Source: Takakia lepidozioides (Eukaryota > Plantae > Bryophyta). From it: a stretch of DNA of 64,000 nucleotides. Where the stretch lies: positions 18,228,001-18,292,000 of the forward strand of contig CM060732.1 in assembly GCA_030704615.1 (NCBI GenBank). Reading direction: 5' to 3'. Numbering within the stretch: position 1 is the stretch's first letter; each line of letters starts with the position of its first letter. A program made the position numbers and the translations under genes. This document shows positions 35,460 through 49,100 of the stretch, in pieces. Below the pieces are notes generated by a model, which was not told where the DNA came from, did no database searches, and saw only the letters and a program-made list of their open reading frames with translations.

Positions 35460-38270
35460 TTGAACCTTGCGCGTGCAGTGGAGGTTCCAGTGATCATGAG
35501 CTTAGAGACGGGTCAAAGAGTGTTTCTTACTCTTCCCGGGTCTTCATCTCCAGTAGCAACTGGGGACCGCCTTAATGTCTCCAGGGTTGGGACCTGTCAT
35601 GGACACCAATTATCTTCGTCAACCATTTCAGTGGTTCTCATCTCCTGTGATGAAGCACACACATTATGTTCTCTTCCTTATGGACATATGGATGCTGACA
35701 CCTTGAAGGAGGCCATTGGGACCCCGGTGGTGTGGAACGTTGGCGAAGTTCATGCGGAAGATAATGAGTATCAAGGGCATGACATGAATCCTGATTTTAC
35801 GTCGGAGACAAGGCGAAAAACCTTCGGAGGACTTGGCTATCCGTACTTCGTTTTGGGGACCCACTTTCGATGAGAGGAGAGAACATGGACTAAATGTTTC
35901 ACAACAACTTCACATGCTGGAAGGGACCTCTGGCAGGGCATACGTTACGATTGAGGGTGTAGATGTTTGTGAGACTGCGTGGTGGACAATTCACGGAATT
36001 GGCAAGTCCACATACATGGAGTACAAAACAGGGTTGGTTGTCAAGTCTCCATGGGAACCGTGGAGTGAAGAGGCCACGCCCACAGACGCTGCAGGCAAAG
36101 GGTAACATTATGTCCATTATCAACGGAAATACTGACCTCATGCCCCATAGGACAAGGTGCATTGGGGAGGGAAGGAGGGATACTTTGAGAGTCTTACCAT
36201 CTGAAATGAACTGGAAGCGAATACGAGAAGAGTCCAACGAGGTATGAAATCTCCCTCCTTCAATTTCATTCTTGGAAGTTTTTTCTGATTCAATGTGGAT
36301 GACCTTCCCTTGGAATTTGTCTCTTTCGACTGTGGTTCTAGTTTCATGAACCTTCACTGTCCAATGGACGTTCTTTTCCTGACCCTTCCTGATTGTAATA
36401 GACGAACAGACTTTTCGGGTTGAAATGAGTCTCGCAGTCGGCTGTTAGCCGCATCCGGAGTTGGATAACTAACGTGGAGGCTCGTAAAACTGGGAGCACA
36501 TTTGCGAAGTGCACGGAGAGTGAGATGTTAAAGGACCCGATCAAAAAGTCTGTCAAGAGAAGTGCGGAACATGTGTCACACAAACGAGCGCTTGATAAAC
36601 ATTTGAGGCACCAAGAGTCGTGTAGAAGACTGTACCATAGCTGGAGGAATGAGTCTGTTATGATTCCGGAGGAGTTTCTCTGTATTATTCACGACAAAAT
36701 GGATCATAGGAAACCAGCTATTCCAAGGCTCCAGACTCCAAACAAGATGATTTCTGGATTGGGTCAGCTTCCAGTCTCACTAACGGGAATAGTCACGCAC
36801 AGACGGTGATGGAGCTTACGGTTAGTATTCTCTTGAGTTTTGGAAGGGAAATTCAAACTTTACAATTGGTTCTTTGGCACGTTGCCTACGCCAGCTGGAG
36901 AAGCCAACCTGTCGCGAGTCTAGGAACATTTTGGATTATGGACTTCAAAACGAGTTTTTCGAATCACTTTTATGTTTGGATGCTCTTAAACCCTGCAGGC
37001 CGGAAGACAAACGTGGTGCTCGTCCACTTCCGAGAAGACTCTACTTGCAAATGGACAACTCCGCGAAGGACAATAAGAACAGATGAATGCTTGTTTTTCT
37101 ATCCCTCCTGACCGCCAAAGATGTTTTTGAAGAGATCCAGCTAGGGTTTCTAATGGTCGGACATACCCATGAGGACATCGACTGGTTCTTCAACTACCTT
37201 TCGAAGAAGCTAAAGGAACGAATCACCTACATTCTTTCGGATTTGATGAGGTCATTCATGACCTCGCAAGATCTGCAGTTCATTCCACAGATTATTCAGG
37301 AGGTTCCCGACTTCAAGAATTTTGTAAATGGTTGTATTCTGGATGGAAATGAGGCGTTGGTCGGGATTTCGGAGATGCACATCTTCCGTTTTTTTAAGGA
37401 TGCGGAGGGTTGGCCCATCATGAAGTACAAAAAGTCAGCTACTGATTCGGATTGGCTTCCAACAAACAATAGCGTGAAGATGTGGAAGTCCAATCCTGAC
37501 GGGACTCCCAAGCTCCCTGAAGGAGACCCAGACGCCGTTCCAAGGAGACCTATCTGGGGAGTCGGGGACGACTCCTCCGAAAAACAGTCATTCATCAAGA
37601 ATGGAATAAAAAAATACAGGGATTTTTGGACGAAATGAATGATGCTTGACGATCATTACAGAGGTCGAATGGAACAATACGACCAATACTGGGGAAACAT
37701 TCTCGCCGAGCTGGATAAGCCAATTCCAGAAACTCTCGAGCGTACTCATCTGCTTGAGGGATTCTGGCCGAAAAAAAATTGGTCCACGAATCATCGCAGA
37801 GATGGAATCCATCCACAGATAGTGCCAGATGTGGAAGAAGAGGATGAAATCCCAGAACCTTACTGTGGCCCGAGGTGTGAGCGTCCAAGGATACCCTTGA
37901 ATCCGTTCAAGGATATTGAGAAAGGGTTTTTTGTGCTCGTTCGCCCTCATGACCCAAGTTCGTGCCCGGTCTGGATGAAGGTAGCAATATTTGACGTGAT
38001 CCGCGAAAGGGAGGATCCTAATTTTAAGAAGGTGAACCTGGTGGAGTGGTGGAGACGGAGAAAATGTGGTAACCCAACAAACTTGGAAAGGTACAGGGAC
38101 TGTTGGTCAAAACTTTGGGAGTATAACTTGTCAGATCCTCCTCAATGGATCCACGTGAACAATGTTATGTGGACAATGCCTCTATGAAAAAATACGACAA
38201 GGAATAGCACTAAGAGAATTACAGCCGCCGAAGCAGTGAAGGCGTGCGCTAATTTGGAGGAGGCTAATCG
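35460..38270 (+). mobile_element. Degenerate DDD/E transposase, Sola1-like (DUF7869-type)
   Basis: VCETAWWTIHGI, FAKCTE, HLRHQESCRRLY, CIIHDKMD, LYLQMDNSAKDNKN, FLMVGHTHEDID; several stops and frameshifts; TIRs not identified. Confidence 0.7.
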
Positions 38271-39129
38271 TCAGTCAGAAAGCAAGTCGTGCGAACGAGT
38301 TGCAGACCAAGGACAAAATGTTGAGGTCAACTCCAGTACTTCGATTTAAGAAATAAATTTTTTCTTCTCTATATGGCCCTTCTTGTTTGCGTTGGGGGCT
38401 CTTTTTTGTTATTTTCTTTTGTCGTACTGAACCTCGAATGTCCAATGGACGTTCTCGACCTTTGTTTCTGGTGTGTTGGATTCTGGCCTGCAGTACATTC
38501 TGGTCAACGAAGAAAAACCCTATGGGGGAGTCTGGCCTACATAACATACAGATCACAGGAACAAAAATGGTGGGCACGACCACTGGAGTCTTCAAATTCG
38601 GTCAAAGTGGTTTTTAATATCGAAAAAAAATAGCCCATTTCCAGTCCTTCTCTCAATGATTGCACTTGCTTTTCGCATAACCAATTCTCCCACTGAACTC
38701 TCCCCCACTAGGAGGACCCTTACCCAATCGTTGTTGACATACTTTTCAATTTGCCAGTCGTGAAGTTTTTTCTTTGAGGTTTTCCTCCATTTTCCCTCTA
38801 AGCTCTACGACTTTTCTACACCAAATTTTCATTTCATTTCATTCTCATCTTTGGCTGTGGTTTACTTGCATTGTTTCACACGATTTTTTCCGTTGTTCAA
38901 ATTTAAAGCAATTTTTATTTCTCATAGTTTTTATTTGGTGGTCTGACTTTTTATCCTCTCTCATGTTTTCTTCGGATCCATTTTCTTCCATGAGAACCAG
39001 GCGCTTCCCAAAGTCGTTATATAACGCCATTTTCTTTCCAAATCTCATAGGGTGTACTTTCAGCTTTTTTTTTGGCAATTTAGGATTTTGGATTGACATA
39101 CCTTTTATATACCTTGCTTTTTATGTTAG

Positions 39130-40320
39130 CATTACCCCTAAACCCTTACCCTTTTGCAAATGGCCCATGAACTATTTATACCATAGCCATAGCCATAACC
39201 ATAACCATTATGGTTATTGAAATGTCTTCTCCCTTCACTTTTGCGCTAGGTTTTTCCTTTGTTTTGGATTGACATGCACTTAGGCATGTTACAGTTTGCT
39301 TTCTATGTTACATCTTAATACCAGGTTCCAAGGACGAGTCTTTCATTCAAATACTTGTCCATAATATTAGGTTATTCATTTTTATTTTGCTTACTACCCT
39401 ACTAACAACATTGAGTTCTAGCGACTGGAGTCTTCCATAAGTGTTTGTTTATTTTGTACCTTAAACAAAAACCTAAAACCCTACCCAGAACCCTTACTAT
39501 AAAACCCTAAACATTTACCCTTAACCCAATACCCCAGAACCCTTACCCTTCCATTTGCAAATGGGAATCAACTATCCATACCATAACCATAACCATTATG
39601 GTTATCCAAATCTCTTCAATGTATCCAAATTTTCATTTTGTACCCTAACAAAAACTAAGTTGTAGCGAGTGCGAGTCTTTCGGCATGTATGCTAGTCGGA
39701 AACCCTAAACAAAACCCTACGCCATTATTACGTCTAAACCCTTACCCTTCCCCTGCAAATGTGAATGAAGTATCCATACCATAATCATATGTATCTTAAT
39801 ATCAGGTTCCAAGGACGAATCTTCAATCTAAATACTTGTCCGGCCTAATGACTCTTCCATAATATTTGTTTCTCCATTTTTATTTTTATTTTTTATCCTA
39901 CTAACACACACCAAGTTCTAGCGAGTGTGAGTCTTCCATATTTGTTTGTCCATTTGTACCTTAAACCCAAACCGAAAACCCTACCTTTACCATCACCCCT
40001 AAGCCATTAATCTTACCATAAATCAAAAACTTTAGTGTACTACCCTAGTTACACTCCAAAACTTATTGTACTACCATGTTACCTCTTCTCAATGTTTCAT
40101 GCTCTTTTAATATTTTCTTTTGTTGGATAAGGTATGATAGAATGATTATAGGACCATTCTTAATTCTACCGAGTGTGAGTCCATCATATTTGTTTGTCCC
40201 TTTGTACCCTAAATCCAAACCCTAAACCCTTACCCTTACTGTAAACCCAAACCTTATTGCACTTCTCTATTGTACTACCCTAGTACCTCTTCCGAATGTT
40301 TCATGCTATTCTAATATTTT
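39130..40320. repeat. Degenerate AT-rich tandem array (about 250 bp period) with telomere-like AAACCCT motifs
   Basis: The motif (c/g)ta(g/c)cgagtg(t/c)gagtc recurs near 39418, 39661, 39918 and 40165; aaaccct, cccttaccc and ccataaccat blocks are repeated. Confidence 0.7.
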
Positions 40321-40773
40321 ACTGCCCTTGTCACATCCAAAACATGATTCATTCCAATGGCATGGTATGTGAACATTGTGCTTGATATGAATATTCAATC
40401 AAGAAAATTACTAGCAAGTTGTATTGAGTATGGTAGAGTAGGAGTTTGCCCCATGTTCGATGCGACCCATTTGTTTATCATGATCCTGCAATGGAATATT
40501 ACATTATTCGACTTCCAAGTGGACGTTCAATGAATTGTTCAATATTGCTACTTCACAAGCACTTCAATGTCAAATGGACCTCTTATATGACACATTTTGA
40601 AACAAGTATGACATCACCTGTAATTTCACAAAGTTCAATCACACATTACACCATGATATTATTAATATTTCAATTAATTTTTATTCAAATATATATTTAA
40701 GTTTAGTATGGATTTAAGCCAAAAGTCCAGAATTAATTAAAATAGTGTATTATTGTCACTTCCTATTTACTAG

Positions 40774-43457
40774 GCGTCAAGTCGCTCTTGTTCTTGGTTG
40801 GAGAGAGAGAAGAGAGGAAGTCGACAATGAGGGTTTTAGTGACTATGTCAATTTAATTTGAGAGAGGATGTTTGGCCTGATGCCGACAGTCAGGCGTCTG
40901 AGATGGCTCGTGCAAAGAGAAGTATTTCTGCAAATATGACGTCACCTCCCAAGGGTGTAGTGAGGAGAAGAAGTATTGCTAGAGAGAATGTGGGCATTGG
41001 GAGAGAGTGTGCTGGTCCTGCCTTCAACATTGATTGTTACGGTGGATTTTCGAGTCATGCGAAGGTGATTCCCCTCGTGGAATTGGGTCGGCCTACTTTG
41101 GGTGAGTTGCATCCCAACACGGGTGCGTTTGTGGATGTGGGTGGTTCTTCTTCTGCTCCTACTAACCAGCACGATGGGGCCCATTCTGCTTTTGATGATT
41201 TGTTGGGGGAGGATGATGGGTACGTGGGGGACTTGGCTGACGAGGCCGATTGGGATAATGAGAATCTTGACATGGAGGGTGATAGTGTTGATGAAGTACC
41301 TAACCTGGATTTTGTGAACATGTTCAAGCCTTGTACCTGGGGGAAAAAAAGTGGGCATCGATTTTATAAACGATAGAGATGTTTTCAGTGGCCCCAAACT
41401 TGGTCCCTGCCTCTCGGACATGAAGGGTTCCAGTCCTATTTGGTTCTTTCACCTGTTATGGAGGCAATCTGTACTCAAGCAGATCTGTAGAGAGTCGAAC
41501 CGCTATGCATGTGAAGTGTTGGATACAGACACTCGTGGGAGGGGCCTTGTTGGAAGGAATTGATAGTTCCTGAACTGCGGGCTTGGATTGGTGTTTGTGT
41601 GTTTATGGGCATGAAGAAGCTGCCCCGAACTCGGTGTTACTGGCAACACTCCGAGGTGTTCTTCTCTTGCCCTGTCATCCGCAAAGTAATGACCCGAGAC
41701 AGGTGGGAGGCCAAACTTAGATGTTTGCACCTTGTCAACAATAACACTCTGGTCTCTGATCGTTGCAGTCCCAATTTGACAAGTTGGGAAAGCTTAGGCG
41801 GGTTTGCGATGAAGTTGTTGCTAGATGTAAGTCGCTCTAGAATCTTCATAAGATGTTGACGGTTGACGAGGTCATGATCCGTTACAAGGGCAAATATTGT
41901 GCGATTAGGATATACATGCCAAAGAAGCCTTGCAAGTGAGGCATAAAGGTGTGGGCGTTGGCTGATTCGGAGACTTCTTATGTGTACAATTTCTTTGTTT
42001 ACTGCGGGAAGAATGCAGGGGGGTCTGAGGGTGAAAGGCCAAAAAATGGCAAAGATGAGGGTTATGATGTTGTCACCAGGCTTGGTGCGGGATTGCATGG
42101 TTTGGGGCACTAACAATTACTTCATCTCGGTGCAGCTTCTCTATGACTTGGCCCAAGTTGGCACTTGGGCCACTGGTACAGTTAGACTAAACAGGAAGGG
42201 CCTCCCTCCCTCTTTGTTATCCTTGGAAAAGTATAAGACTGCCAGACAAGGTCAGTCATGCTACAAGATGCATGCTTCTAGGGAGCTTGCTGCAGTCTTG
42301 TGGTGGGACAATAAGGGGGTGTTTCTTTTGTCTTCTACAGCTAGGCTAGCCTGCAGGTCTTCTTCTCTTGTAAGACGGTTCATGGGACACCAGAGGGTGT
42401 CAATGCCATCTGTTCCTGCACATCTGCAATATCAAACATACATGCGAGGGGTAGATGTGCAAGACCAGCTTTGAGGTGTGTACAGCTTGCAACTGCGCAC
42501 AAAGAAGTGGTGGCATCGGCTGTTTTTCTTCCTTACGGACACAAGCATGGTGAATGCATATATCTTGCATTCAGCCCATGTCACCAAGATGGGCCGGTGG
42601 GCCATGAGCCATTTAGAGTTCAATTTGGCGCTCGTCTATCATTGACAACAGGGACTTGCATAGACAACATTGACAGCATGGGAACGTAGCTCAGACGGTT
42701 GGCAGTTGGACAGTTGGTTGCCTGCAGGTTGAAAAGATGAAACAAAAGGCCTTCCGAAGCAATCGTGGGGTGTTGCGTTTCGGAGGACCTGTTATTTCTT
42801 TGAACAAACGATGACGTAGCCCGATTTTTTTGGCCGGAATTCTCTGCCGGCTCAGGCAGCAGTTCCCCAGAGTTGGGATTCAAGTAGAAATGGAAAGAAA
42901 TGGAAATCGATGCATGTGGATAGGTTAGAATGCTTCCAAATTTTGTGTGGTAGTAAGTTTCCAAGCAAGGAACAATATGACCAGAGGAATTCACCCTCTG
43001 ATGAGAATTTGGACACTTTTGAGGCTGATTTGGGGTCAATTGTAATGGATGGTCTTATTCACCCACCTATTTTCCCATACAAAGCAACCCTCATGTGGTC
43101 TTGGAATTTGGTTGTGATATTTTGGCCCAAGGTGCTCTACATGCCAGGCAATCAGAATATCCGGGGTGGCCTGTACCAATGAAAATTCATTTTGCCAGGC
43201 CAAATACTTGGTCAAACCATTTTTCCACTCCAAAACTAGAGCACAGTAGACATTTACAGCTTGGATTTTTGTTATAATCTTCGTAATGACATGGTGAAAT
43301 CAACTGGAATTTTTACAGTAGGTTCCTGAAGTAGGTAGGATTACTTTCATACGGTTCATCCCCCTGGATGTTTGTCAAATGTCAAATATGCCCTCAAGCA
43401 TGAGGGCATGTTCCGTTTTGAAATGGGCCCACCAAAAACGGGCTCGTCCATTAGGGG
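40774..43457 (+). mobile_element. piggyBac-like element, transposase pseudogene plus right TIR
   Basis: ESNRYA, ELRAWIG..MG..KLP...YW, MTRDRW..LRCLHL, VDEVMIRYKG, YMPKKP..GIKVW, NNYF, ATGTVRLNRKGLP, WWDNKGVFLLSS, YMRGVDVQDQ, KKWWHRLFF; TCGTCCATTAGGGG (43444-43457) followed by TTAA. Confidence 0.9.
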
Positions 43458-46128
43458 TTAAGCTACTGGATTATTTTTGGCCCTAACGTAGCACACTCGG
43501 CGGAAATTTTAGGCCTAAAGACAAACTTATGTCGAGTGCCCACGGCTCCGGGGTTAAAGTTGGGCTTAGGGCAACTTTACCTCCATTTTTTTTCAACATT
43601 TCCCCCAAGCGCAAGCATCGTATGGGTCTTGGGTTTAACCCCCTTTTCTATACATTTTTTGCAAATCCAAACAAGTTTGCACACAGGTACATTGTTTGCA
43701 CACAGGTTTCATACAGAGTGACCAAAGTTAAAACTAGTCGAAAGAAGTAGGAGCACCTCTGACAGCAAGGCAGACGCCTTCTTCCCGCCTTATGTTTACA
43801 AGCTCCATGGCAATCTGAGACGGGTGTCCAACTGTAGGCATTTGGCAGCCACTTCAGGGCACTAGCGTTGGTTGAAAAGTCTCTAATTAGAGACTGAATA
43901 GGAGAGAAAAATCACCTTTATAGTAAAAGCTCTTAACAACAGGTTTTATAGTTCTTAAACCACGCTTCTCAGGGGTAGTAGCTAAAATCGATTTTAGAGC
44001 TTTTAGTGCCAGGATTTACAAGTAGATAGGAATTTTTTTTATGGTAAAAGCATTAAGAATAACCTGGTGGGAACTCCGTTTGGAAAAAATGGCCTTAATA
44101 CATCAAATACCGTGTGGTGTGAAAAAAGCTGAACACAAACTAATTTGAGAGTCTCTCATGTTTGTTCTAGAATGTTATAAGTTAGTAAACTTGTGTGATA
44201 TAGTTTGAGGTAGTGTTCATGTCCTTATACAGTCTGGAAAGTCCTTTTCAATCAAGTGAGGATCAGATCCCTACAATGCCACAAATTGAGAAGGGCATGA
44301 GAACATCCAATAAAGAAATAGGACAGACACTGTCTATGTGCACATACACCACTTCAGCTTGTTCATTGTAGATTTGATACAACTGCTATTGAACTCAATG
44401 GTTGGCACTAGCATTTATATGTAAAGCAATACTTGGGGAAGTATGCGTATTATCAACATGAGGCATATACCTTTGCTGGTAAGAGGTTTGCATTACTTGG
44501 ATGAACATGCAGGACTCAAGAAAGCTTGGTTACCCAATCTCCCCACAGAGGCAGCAGATGGGTGTTCCAACTAAGCACCACAGGATGAAATGCTTGGTGA
44601 CGAATGCCTCTGCATCATGGCAACCACACAACTCCCTCTCTAAGGAAAATTACTACGAAACAGATGCTGGACCAATGGGTGGTACTGATATACTACAGCA
44701 CTCCTCAAAAGTACTAGCTTCACTTGATTAGGCCAAGCAGGAAAGACCTGAGTGTGAGTAGGCATAGTTATGTATCAAGATAACTCCATTCCTTGGGGGC
44801 TTTGCTGAAAAGACTTGATTTCTAATTTCTTGATTATTAAGTTAAGTTATTTAACCTGGGTTGGTAATGGCTGGTATGACAATTGGAATACGACCAGTTG
44901 ATAACTGCCTACAAATCCAAAATCTTGCATCTATTGAGAACAAGATATTAAATTTTGCAAATATTCTAATACCAGGCAACCTGCTGGTATGGTATGCGTG
45001 TGGGGAATCCTAAAGCCTTACTCCCCCAGTCCACTCCCCCAGTCCGCGTATCACATGGGTACACTGGTTCTTTCATACCCGACTGGTAAAGAGAAAGAAG
45101 TCTCTCCGGCCAAAGCCATTGTAACTAAGAGCCACTTTGCCTTGTGGCTAATGCCCCCCCTTTGGGAGGTGGGTCCTATGGAAGTAGGGGGCGCCCCTGC
45201 AATACTGGCTGGTATTGAAATGTAAATATTTCAATACCAAGACACCGCCGGTATCAAAAAGAAGTAATACCGCCCAACGCTGGTACCGACACCATTGGCA
45301 GAGGCCAATTCACATGAAAACTAACTCCTTAAACAAACATTTAACATGGAAATTTCCTTGCTCTTTCAGCTTTTTCTGCAATTATGATAATTCCTCCAAA
45401 CTTACATTTAATAGGGATAAGCTGACAACAAAACTATCACTGGGTCTAAGCAAATGTGGTGGAAGCCCTTTGCTGCCTGAGGAATTTGCATTACAGTGCA
45501 GTTGCTGACTGAAACCCCCTTACTGAAATGGATACATAGCAGTGTCGAAATGGTCATAAAGCAAACCCTCTTGAGAAATGTAACAGTAACAACCTAGGTA
45601 AAACAGAAATTTCCACAACTTACATTTGCAGCAAATCACAGGCTTTGAGCAGCCTGAAGATAACCCCTCTAGAGCTGATGCTTTAGCAAACAGCATTGCT
45701 GACATGACATCATTAAGTCTAAAGGACTTTCTGCAATCTGTATGATGCCAAATCGAGACTCAAAAAGGGGCCTACATACATATACACGATCAATCTGCTT
45801 CCCTCACAGAGAGAAAGAAACATTTCTGAGGACACTTTGCTGTGTGGACAACATCACACCAAGTCAAAGGTTGGTGGTGGCAAATACTGAGCCCACCCTA
45901 GAACCAGTCGGAAGCCTCCCCTAACCTAGTAAATAACCTCTGGATCCCTTTACAAAACCCAAGTTATTGGTATTTCGTGAAGAGTTAGGCACCATTCCAA
46001 TAAGCAGTACAGCTGAAGGCCTCACCTTGTGCTACATGGAGGGCAAACCAATACAAGAATTGATAAATAGAACAGAGCATTTGGTACAATGGTCACAACC
46101 GATGAGGCAGCCCAACCAAGGGGTCATC

Positions 46129-49100
46129 CTAGGTGGGGAGGTGGCGACTGAGAAGCCCATCAAAGGCGATGTACAAATCCTTGTTCTCGGGCCCAAAAGT
46201 TTCATCGGCTTTCCTCAGTGTCTCCTGCAGTTATCACACATCAGAACCCTATACTTAACTCTCAAAATTCCCTCCACCACTTTCCTTGCACAAGTCTCTA
46301 CTCCGGGCACTAAAGAAACTCCTCTGGTCTCCGCTGACATCAGACAGAAGTAGGAATGCCAATGGTGCCTAAGCTGCAAAGAGACTGGGCATGTTCTCTT
46401 TTGGCTATGTGGCCACCGAGTTCAGAACAAAGCCCAGAGCAGCATTTGGAAACAAGGTGACTGGCTACAGCTGACAATTACCCATTGAGCATTTGTCCTT
46501 GTCCCAAGTCAGACTCCTAGGAGTAATGGTGAAAAACCTTGACCAGACTGGCATGTGAAAGAGAAACCTTCGTACTCCTGTAGACATAGATCCTAACCCG
46601 AGCACCACACCGAAGGTTTACTTAGACCTAGTGGTGACACTCCCAAGCCTAGCGGCTGACAAAGTGATATACCACCAAAATGAATATATTGGAAACATGA
46701 AATAGGGACATACCTCACGGGTCTGCCGGTGCGCATTAAGCTCCTTGATGTTGGCCAGAAATGCACTAAACTGTTCATACGATAACCGATTCCTGCACCA
46801 GATATCCCTCTGCACATCTTAGCTCTGATGTTTAAGGGGGTGAGCTCTAAGCTTTTGTCCAACCTTATGCCTTCATACTTCAGGTAAATGTACATTCTAG
46901 TTATTGGCAAGGCTCTAGATGTACGCCAATACGTAGGTAATGCAGCTTAGACTTTACTGATCAATCTCTTCGGGCTCTGCAATCATAGCCAAGAGCACGG
47001 GGACAAGCTATTAAATTTGTCAATGCCACACATAATCATGTGTGGCTGTCTCTCAGAGGTCACATGGCACAGGGACAGTTGCCTGGAGAGAAGGAACTAG
47101 TTCTATAAGAGGCAAAGAAAATATCGACTGTTTGCAGAGAAGTCCAATTCTCTGCAAACAGGTTGACGCTACCATATTGGTAGCGTCAACCTGTCAGAAA
47201 TGTGGTTGAGAGAACCCACTGCCAGGTCTCTCCTTTTCACTCGTTGCAGCGACAAATCAACAGAGCTTTGCAACAAGAGCATGAGATTCTGCACATAAGT
47301 TATATAGGGTATAACAGGTTGCCTCAATAAAATAATACCGTTGGAAGTCAATAAAACATGAAGGTCAAGTTGGCTCAGGTATTCAGACTAGTCAATTAGT
47401 GATCAAATGAGTTAATCTCACTGAGATCTAATATACAACTGATGCATGGTTCAGGAAAGACTGGTCACTGCCCATCTATACATTGAATTAAACCAAGAAA
47501 AAAAAATCATTGGATTGGAACAGACCTGGCCTGGCGGAAGAATTCTTTGCCATCCACACGAGGTGTGCGTGCTGCCACACAATGTTCAGAAACAGCCAAT
47601 TTGTCAGAACTCAAGCCTGCAATCCTTCAACATGAGCCTGGGCCAGGCTTCCAGATGAGGCTGATATGCCATATTTCAGAGGTAGCCTGCTGCACCCCAA
47701 TCATCCTCTCTGCTTATCTTGGGAGTCCAACAATGTGGCCATTTGGACACAGCCAATCTGTCATTACCTCAATATTCATAAGCTGAGTCTCTTTCATGAA
47801 AAACCTCAACCATTCCAAGAGCTGTACACACAAGACATTAGGGGAACTGAAGCACAAACTTGGTAAGGAGCCATGGCTTGGTGGAGAGTTTGGAGCTGTG
47901 GTGGACTGACTGGTGGGCTGTGACGATGGAAGAGGGATCCGATGATTCTCATTGACAGGCACGCGCCGTGGAGATCCTCTCGCAGATTTCTGCCGAGGTG
48001 ACCCAGTTGGGGTTTGCTTTGGGGTCAGGCGAGGTGTCAATGAAAGTGATGATGACCGCTGTGATTGAGTGGAAGAGTTGGACAACGACGGCTTTGACGT
48101 TGCTCCTACTCACCCCCAACCACGAATCACAATACCACACTGTAAGAAGGCATACAAGGAGTACATGGAAGTACATAGATTCCCTGGGTATTTTCAACAC
48201 CAAATTTCACAGGGTTATACCAGATGGGATGCCCTTTATGATCTGTTGCTCCCAAGAAACCCCGTACTCCAAGAATCTACATTTCTGAGATAAAAGAAGC
48301 TATTTCTGCACAGTTCTTTCATCAGGGATGCAACGTACTAACGGCACCTAACTCTATTCATGAATCGCACACATTGACACCTCAAATGGTTACAACCACT
48401 ATTCTATCATCCTAACAGGGTGTGTACAGAAGACCGTGACTCTCCCTGTACGGTATATCCCCCTTGCACCCTACGACCTACTACCAGAATACTGCAATTA
48501 CCGTCAACCCACAGCATACAGTTACTTGCCAATAAAGCATCCAGCAGATGGCCCAGTGGTTAGGGCACAAGAAAGACAAACCATCAGATTCTGGGGGATG
48601 CTCCTCTTCCTGTGATGTGGCGGGCGTGCTAGAATCTGAACCTGCCGATACTTTCACAGTTTGGCCATCGTCCTCGATAACATGGGCTCTACTGATTGTT
48701 GACTCCGCCTCTGAAAGCAAAACAAACACACCGATGAAATAACCATTAAACATATTTGAAAAACTTTAAGCTGCTGACTAAAAGATGTCCTTATCACATA
48801 ATGAATATTAGTGTTCTTTCAGCAAAAGCATTAACATGGAGTCTGCTCCTGGTGATCAGGCAATTTCGAATTCAAGACCCACTTACGTGATGCCCTTCTG
48901 ATAGCTGAGTTGGAATTTGCACCTCCCCGCTTCTCCCCACCCTCCCCCTGACATGGACACAACCCCAAATTTCATTAGTTACCTGCTGAGGCAATTGACA
49001 GGAATCTAATAGCAGTAACGAAGGTTTTCTAACATCCATTTCCTAGGAACACATCAAGCCTCTCTAACCTGCCGCCTACATAACAAAGTTGGAAATCTAC

